A stretch of 64,000 nucleotides of DNA from Burkholderiaceae bacterium (GTDB taxonomy: Bacteria > Pseudomonadota > Gammaproteobacteria > Burkholderiales > Burkholderiaceae_C): NCBI GenBank assembly GCA_013360485.1, contig JABWBN010000001.1, positions 15,282 to 79,281 on the forward strand. Direction: 5' to 3'. Of the stretch, positions 57,719 through 64,000 are shown one piece after another (position 1 is the stretch's first letter; each line of letters opens with the position of its first letter). The notes under the pieces were generated by a model that saw only the letters and a list, made by a program, of their open reading frames with translations, searched no databases and had not been told where the DNA came from. The translations under genes and the position numbers were made by a program.

Positions 57719-59130
57719 TGCGCTACATCAGCACCCGTGGCGACCAGACCGAGCGTCGCTTCTGCGAGATCCTGCTGGAGGGCCTGGCGCCCGATGGCGG
57801 GCTCTATTTGCCCAAGGCCTATCCGCGCGTGAGCGGCATCACGATGGCGCGCTGGGCCACACTGTCGTACCCCGAGCTCGCCTACGAAATCCTGCGGCTG
57901 TATATCGACGACATTCCCGCCGATGACCTGCGGGACATCATTGGGCGCACGTACACCCGCGAGGCATTCGGCACCGACGAGATCACGCCGGTGCGGCAGA
58001 TCGAGGAAGGCTTGTACGTGCAGGCGCTGTCCAACGGACCTACGCTCGCCTTCAAGGACATGGCGATGCAGCTGCTGGGCAACCTGTTCGAGTACGAACT
58101 GGCACGCCGCAACGACCAGCTCGACATCCTGGGCGCCACCTCCGGTGACACCGGCAGTGCGGCGGAGTACGCCATGCGGGGCAAACCGCATGTGCGGGTG
58201 TTCATGCTCTCGCCGCACGGCCGCATGAGCCCGTTCCAGCAAGCGCAGATGTTCAGCCTGCCCGACGCGAATATCCACAACATCGCCATCGAGGGCGTGT
58301 TCGACGATTGCCAGGATATTGTGAAGGCCGTCAGCGCCGACCTCGAGTTCAAGCGCCGCCATCGCATCGGCACAGTCAACTCGATCAACTGGGCGCGACT
58401 GCTGGCACAGGTCGTCTATTACTTCGCTGGCTATTTCCGGGTCACGCAGGGTCGTGGTGGCAAGGTCAGCTTTGCGGTGCCATCGGGCAACTTCGGCAAC
58501 GTCTGTGCGGGCCACGTGGCCCGCATGATGGGGCTGCCGATCGCTCGGCTGGTGGTGGCGACCAACGAGAACGATGTGCTCGATGAATTCTTCCGCACCG
58601 GGACCTACCGGGCCCGCAGCGCTGCCGAGACGCACGAGACCTCGAGCCCGTCCATGGACATCAGCAAGGCGTCCAATTTCGAGCGCTATGTGTTCGATCT
58701 GGTCAACCGCGATGGCGCGCATGTGGCCGAGCTGTTCGGCTCGGCGGTCGAGGGCGATGGCGGTTTCACCGTGTCTCCCGAGGAATTCGACCGCATCGCG
58801 CTGACGGGCTTCACTTCGGGCCGCAGCACGCACGCGGACCGGTTGGCGATGATCCGCTACGCATGGGAGCAAGACCACGACATGATCGATCCGCACACGG
58901 CGGATGGATTGAAGGTCGCGCGCGAGCACATGCAGCCGGGTGTGCCCATGATCGTGTTGGAGACGGCATTGCCCGCCAAATTCGCCTCCACCATTGAAGA
59001 GGCGCTCGGTCGGCAGCCGCCCCGGCCGGTGTCGCTGGAGGGCATCGAGGCTCTGCCCAAGCGCTTTGTGGTGATGCCGGTGGACGTGCAGCGCGTGAAG
59101 GACTACATCCGCGAGAATTCGCCTGCATGA
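57718..59130 (+). CDS. thrC: Threonine synthase
   Basis: MRYISTRG, GLAPDGGLY, GPTLAFKD, ATSGDTG, NSINWAR, PSGNFGN. Confidence 0.97.
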   Translation: MRYISTRGDQTERRFCEILLEGLAPDGGLYLPKAYPRVSGITMARWATLSYPELAYEILRLYIDDIPADDLRDIIGRTYTREAFGTDEITPVRQIEEGLYVQALSNGPTLAFKDMAMQLLGNLFEYELARRNDQLDILGATSGDTGSAAEYAMRGKPHVRVFMLSPHGRMSPFQQAQMFSLPDANIHNIAIEGVFDDCQDIVKAVSADLEFKRRHRIGTVNSINWARLLAQVVYYFAGYFRVTQGRGGKVSFAVPSGNFGNVCAGHVARMMGLPIARLVVATNENDVLDEFFRTGTYRARSAAETHETSSPSMDISKASNFERYVFDLVNRDGAHVAELFGSAVEGDGGFTVSPEEFDRIALTGFTSGRSTHADRLAMIRYAWEQDHDMIDPHTADGLKVAREHMQPGVPMIVLETALPAKFASTIEEALGRQPPRPVSLEGIEALPKRFVVMPVDVQRVKDYIRENSPA

Positions 59131-59657
59131 ACGTCATCGGATTTTGCGGACCCTCCGGCGTGGGCAAGACCACGCTGATCGAACAACTGGTTGCCGAGCT
59201 GAAGAAGCGTGGCCAGCGTGTATCTGTGCTCAAGCATGCGCACAAGACCTTCGAGATCGATTACCCGGGCAAGGACACCTGGCGCCACCGGCAGGCCGGT
59301 GCGCTGGAGGTGCTGATCGCTTCTGGGCATCGGTTGGCGAAGATGCGGGAGTACGAAGTGCCCGGACGTCCGACTGTGCACCAGCTCATTGCCGAGATGG
59401 TGGAGGTCGACTGGCTGCTGGTCGAAGGGTTCAAGGACGCTGATATCCCGAAAGTCGAGGTCTGGCGAAGCGACATGAAGACCGTTCCGTTCTACACGGA
59501 CGATCCCTTCATCGTCGGCATTGCGTGCGATGACGGCACAGCGTTGCCGCAGTCGACGCTGCGCCCCGTGTTCGGCCTGCCCGACCCTGTCGCCGTGGCC
59601 GACTTCCTGATCAGCTCCGGCGACCGCTTCACCTACAACCCGGAGCACCATGGCTGA
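59127..59657 (+). CDS. mobB: Molybdopterin-guanine dinucleotide biosynthesis protein B
   Basis: GPSGVGKTT, LKHAH, GKDTWRH, LVEGFK. Confidence 0.93.
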   Translation: MNVIGFCGPSGVGKTTLIEQLVAELKKRGQRVSVLKHAHKTFEIDYPGKDTWRHRQAGALEVLIASGHRLAKMREYEVPGRPTVHQLIAEMVEVDWLLVEGFKDADIPKVEVWRSDMKTVPFYTDDPFIVGIACDDGTALPQSTLRPVFGLPDPVAVADFLISSGDRFTYNPEHHG

Positions 59658-60900
59658 GTCGCGGCCAACGCTGAAGCCGCTGGAAGAGGTGCTGGCGCGC
59701 ATGCTCGACGTGGCGCGCACCCGGGCGATTCGTGAAACCGAACTCGTGCCGACGCTGCAGGCGTGGTGGCGTATCCTGGCACGACCGGTGTACTCCGCGA
59801 TCGATGTGCCGCCGGAGGACAACACGTCCATGGACGGGTATGCGCTGCGAGTGGCCGATCTGCCCCAGGCCGGAGCGCTGTTGCCGGTAAGCCAGCGCAT
59901 CCCGGCTGGCGTGGTGGGCCGACCGCTGCAGCCGGGTACAGCCGCTCGAGTCTTCACCGGCGCGCAGGTGCCCCCGGGCGCCGATGCCGTGGTGATGCAG
60001 GAGCAGTGCGACGCCATCGCAGGCGAAGGGCTCGGGCAGGTACAGGTCAATGTTCCTCCGGCGCCGGGCCAGTGGATCCGGCGCCGGGGCGAAGACGTCC
60101 TGGCCGGCTCCCAGGTTCTCGCGGCCGGCGATCGACTCACGCCCCAGGCACTGGGGCTGGCGGCTTCAGTGGGCGCTGCGGAACTTGAGGTATGCCGGCG
60201 GCCACGGGTGGCGCTGTTCTCCACCGGGGACGAGTTGGTCATGCCCGGTCAGCCGCTGAAGCCCGGGGCCATCTACAACTCCAATCGCTATACGCTGCAT
60301 GCGCTGCTGCAGGCGGCCGGTTGCGCCGTGAGCGACCTCGGCATCGTGCCCGACAGTCGCGAGGCCACGCGGCAGGCGCTGCGCGAAGCCGCGCGTGGCC
60401 ACGACCTGGTGCTCACCTCCGGCGGGGTCTCGGTCGGCGAGGAAGATCATCTCAAGCCAGCGGTCCAGGCCGAGGGTTGGCTGGAGGCCTGGCAAGTGGC
60501 GATGAAGCCGGGCAAGCCGTTGGCGTTCGGCGCCATCGGCCGCGATGACGGCGGCGAGTCGTTGTTCATGGGCCTGCCCGGAAACCCGGTTTCCAGCTTC
60601 GTGACCTTTCTGCTCACCGTGGCCCCGGTGCTTCGCGCGTTGCAGGGCAGCCCGGTTGTGTTGCCGCGGCCGATCGAGGCGCGAGCGGCATTTGACTGGC
60701 GCCGACCCGACCGGCGACGCGAGTTCCTGCGTGTGCGCTTCGATGCCACCGGCGGTGTGGAGATCTTCGCCAACCAGAGTTCGGGCGTGCTGACATCAGC
60801 GGTGTGGGCAGAGGCGCTGCTGGACAACCCGGCTGGGCAGGCGATCGCACCGGGAGACATGGTCAAGCTGCTGCCGCTGTCGGCGCTGATGAGCGCCTGA
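59650..60900 (+). CDS. moeA: Molybdopterin molybdotransferase (copy 2)
   Basis: SMDGYA, VFTGA, STGDEL, TSGGVSVG, GLPGNPVS. Confidence 0.94.
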   Translation: MAESRPTLKPLEEVLARMLDVARTRAIRETELVPTLQAWWRILARPVYSAIDVPPEDNTSMDGYALRVADLPQAGALLPVSQRIPAGVVGRPLQPGTAARVFTGAQVPPGADAVVMQEQCDAIAGEGLGQVQVNVPPAPGQWIRRRGEDVLAGSQVLAAGDRLTPQALGLAASVGAAELEVCRRPRVALFSTGDELVMPGQPLKPGAIYNSNRYTLHALLQAAGCAVSDLGIVPDSREATRQALREAARGHDLVLTSGGVSVGEEDHLKPAVQAEGWLEAWQVAMKPGKPLAFGAIGRDDGGESLFMGLPGNPVSSFVTFLLTVAPVLRALQGSPVVLPRPIEARAAFDWRRPDRRREFLRVRFDATGGVEIFANQSSGVLTSAVWAEALLDNPAGQAIAPGDMVKLLPLSALMSA

Positions 60901-60909
60901 GGACGCGCC

Positions 60910-61161
60910 ATGGCCATCACCATTCGCTATTTCGCTTCCCTGCGTGAGACGCTGGGCACGCACGAAACGCTTGACTGGGATGACCAGGGCACGCTCGGCC
61001 AGTTGCGCGACGCTCTGATTGCGCGGGACGCATCGCATGCGCAGGCCCTGGCTCGCGGGCGGGCGCTGCGGTGTGCATTGAACCAGGCCATGGCGGACGA
61101 AAGCGCGCGCGTGCCTGACGGCGCCGAGGTCGCGTTCTTTCCCCCGGTGACGGGCGGTTGA
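60910..61161 (+). CDS. moaD: Molybdopterin synthase sulfur carrier
   Basis: YFASLRE, C-terminal VAFFPPVTGG. Confidence 0.95.
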   Translation: MAITIRYFASLRETLGTHETLDWDDQGTLGQLRDALIARDASHAQALARGRALRCALNQAMADESARVPDGAEVAFFPPVTGG

Positions 61162-61237
61162 TCGAAACGCGGCGCCACCGTCCACACTTGCCTCGCCGGC
61201 CGAGTGGCCTTATGTCGCCGGTGCCAGAATGCGAGCC

Positions 61238-61720
61238 ATGTCCGATTCCCGGGTCAGCATCCAAACCGACGACTTCGACCTTGGCGCCGAGGTGTCGCGG
61301 CTGCGCGGGGGCGACGGCGGTGTGGGTGCCGTCGCGGCCTTCGTCGGTACGGTGCGCGACTGGCAGGGCGCACCTGGCGGCGCCAGCACCATGGAGCTGG
61401 AGCACTACCCCGGCATGACCGAGCGTGCAATTGCGCAGATGATCGACGAGGCCTGTTCGCGGTTCGAGCTGCGCGCCGTCCGCGTGATTCATCGCGTGGG
61501 TGTGCTCGAGCCCGGGGCTCAAATTGTGCTCGTGGTCGTGACCTCCGCCCATCGGCGTGCTGCGTTTCAGGGCTGCGAGTTCCTGATGGACTACCTGAAG
61601 ACCCAGGCGCCGTTCTGGAAGAAGGAGACCACACCCGATGGCGCCCATTGGGTCGACGCCCGTGCCAGCGACGACGCCGCGCTGGCCCGCTGGGGGCTGT
61701 CGTCAGGTAATGCCGGATGA
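61238..61720 (+). CDS. moaE: Molybdopterin synthase catalytic subunit
   Basis: FVGTVR, LEHYPGM, HRVG, MDYLKTQAPFWKKE. Confidence 0.96.
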   Translation: MSDSRVSIQTDDFDLGAEVSRLRGGDGGVGAVAAFVGTVRDWQGAPGGASTMELEHYPGMTERAIAQMIDEACSRFELRAVRVIHRVGVLEPGAQIVLVVVTSAHRRAAFQGCEFLMDYLKTQAPFWKKETTPDGAHWVDARASDDAALARWGLSSGNAG

Positions 61721-61748
61721 CGCCGCGCGGCAACTCGGGGGCTGCAGG

Positions 61749-62132
61749 GTGAACGTGGTCCAGGCGCTGGCCGTGGCCGGCGGTGCCGGTCTGGGCGCGC
61801 TGGCGCGGTGGTGGCTGGGCATGGCCCTGAATCCGTGGTGGGGCGGCTTTCCACTGGGTACGCTGGCTGTCAATTGCCTGGGCGGGCTGTTGATTGGCGC
61901 TGCCATGGTTGCGCTGGAGCGCTTCCCCGACCCGCACTGGCGCTTGTTCCTCGTGACCGGCGTCCTGGGCGGCTTTACCACCTTCTCGTCGTTTTCGGCT
62001 GAGTCGCTGGGGTTGCTGCAACGCGGCGAGTGGTCCATGGCCGTTGCGCACAGCTTGGCCCACGTGTTCGGCGCGCTGGCTTGCGTGACCGGTGGCTTCT
62101 GGCTGGCCAGGCTGGCTCTGCGGTGGATCTGA
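61749..62132 (+). CDS. crcB: Fluoride efflux channel FluC/CrcB
   Basis: GAGLGALARW, GTLAVN, GVLGGFTTFSSFSAE; GTG start inferred. Confidence 0.93.
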   Translation: MNVVQALAVAGGAGLGALARWWLGMALNPWWGGFPLGTLAVNCLGGLLIGAAMVALERFPDPHWRLFLVTGVLGGFTTFSSFSAESLGLLQRGEWSMAVAHSLAHVFGALACVTGGFWLARLALRWI

Positions 62133-62614
62133 CCGTCGCCGATGCCTCCGCGTTGCGGCGCGCCTTGGGGCGCTTCGCCACCGGTGTCACCATCGTCACC
62201 TGCCGCGGGATGGACGGCACTGCGGTAGGCCTGACGGTGAACTCGTTCGCGGCGCTTTCGTTGAAGCCGCCGCTGGTGCTGTGGTCGTTGCGCGCGGCCA
62301 GCCCAAGTGTCACGCCGTTCCAGCAGGCGACGGGATTCGCGGTGAACGTGCTGGCGCAATCGCAGGTGGCGCTCTCCCGCCGTTTCGCTTCCGTCGTGCC
62401 CGATCGGTTTTCTGTCGGGGAGTGGAGACCGGGGCTGCAGGACCTGCCGGTTTTGGCGGGCTGCGCGGCTGTGTTCGAGTGCAGGCTCGTGTCGCACCAG
62501 GAGGCCGGCGACCATGTGCTGTTCATCGGCGAGGTCCTGCGCATGACCGAACATGCTGTCGCGCCACTGGTCTTCCAGGGCGGGCACTACCGGGGGCTGG
62601 GCGAACCGCTGTGA
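62123..62614 (+). CDS. Flavin reductase-like (split barrel) protein
   Basis: LRRALGRFATGVTIVT, GLTVNSF, AGDHVLFIGEV. Confidence 0.9.
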   Translation: MDLTVADASALRRALGRFATGVTIVTCRGMDGTAVGLTVNSFAALSLKPPLVLWSLRAASPSVTPFQQATGFAVNVLAQSQVALSRRFASVVPDRFSVGEWRPGLQDLPVLAGCAAVFECRLVSHQEAGDHVLFIGEVLRMTEHAVAPLVFQGGHYRGLGEPL

Positions 62615-62645
62615 CGCTGCACGGGGCCGGCGGCAGCCCCTTGGG

Positions 62646-62673
62646 CTTGATTTCGCAGCCGCATGCCCCACAT
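62646..62673 (+). promoter_or_regulatory. Sigma32 (RpoH)-type promoter of clpB
   Basis: CTTGAT-N14-CCCCACAT, 25 nt upstream of the clpB ATG. Confidence 0.75.
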
Positions 62674-62698
62674 CCACCGGCAGACGGAGGATCATTCC

Positions 62699-64000
<1,302 letters not shown>

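Noticed and set aside
61721-61748. Fluoride riboswitch upstream of crcB
   Set aside because: The spacer is only 28 nt and lacks the conserved motif.

Overview
High-GC betaproteobacterial chromosomal segment; gene content and order resemble Burkholderiales (Rubrivivax/Ideonella/Methylibium-like, which is an inference). It is almost all core genome: surE-pcm-nlpD-rpoS-rlmD, yccA, carAB-greA, yhbY/rlmE-ftsH-folP-glmM, pstSCAB-phoU-phoBR, an ArnT-like membrane protein, rpmE2, rho-trxA, SRP RNA (ffs), dnaX-ybaB-recR, mltD-gloB/yafS-rnhA, an RND pump pair, two Moco clusters, NlpC/P60, prpE, an S8 protease, PIN-PhoH, bcp, alaA-hom-thrC, fluC and a partial clpB. No transposase, integrase, CRISPR array, tRNA or rRNA was seen. 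The best candidate for an uncharacterised system is a coupled two-gene unit between trxA and ffs (28451-32685): a pseudokinase-HDOD protein that has lost the Gly loop, Lys, Glu, Asn and DFG motifs, followed by an intact Hanks-type kinase-HDOD-GAF paralogue. Other notable items are a divergent PurM-family enzyme, a recurring leaderless-mRNA signature (-10 hexamer 6-9 nt before ATG), two start codons overlapping head-to-head, and terminator-like or structured leaders upstream of phoH, greA and carA. All calls come from motif recognition by eye; no database searches were run.
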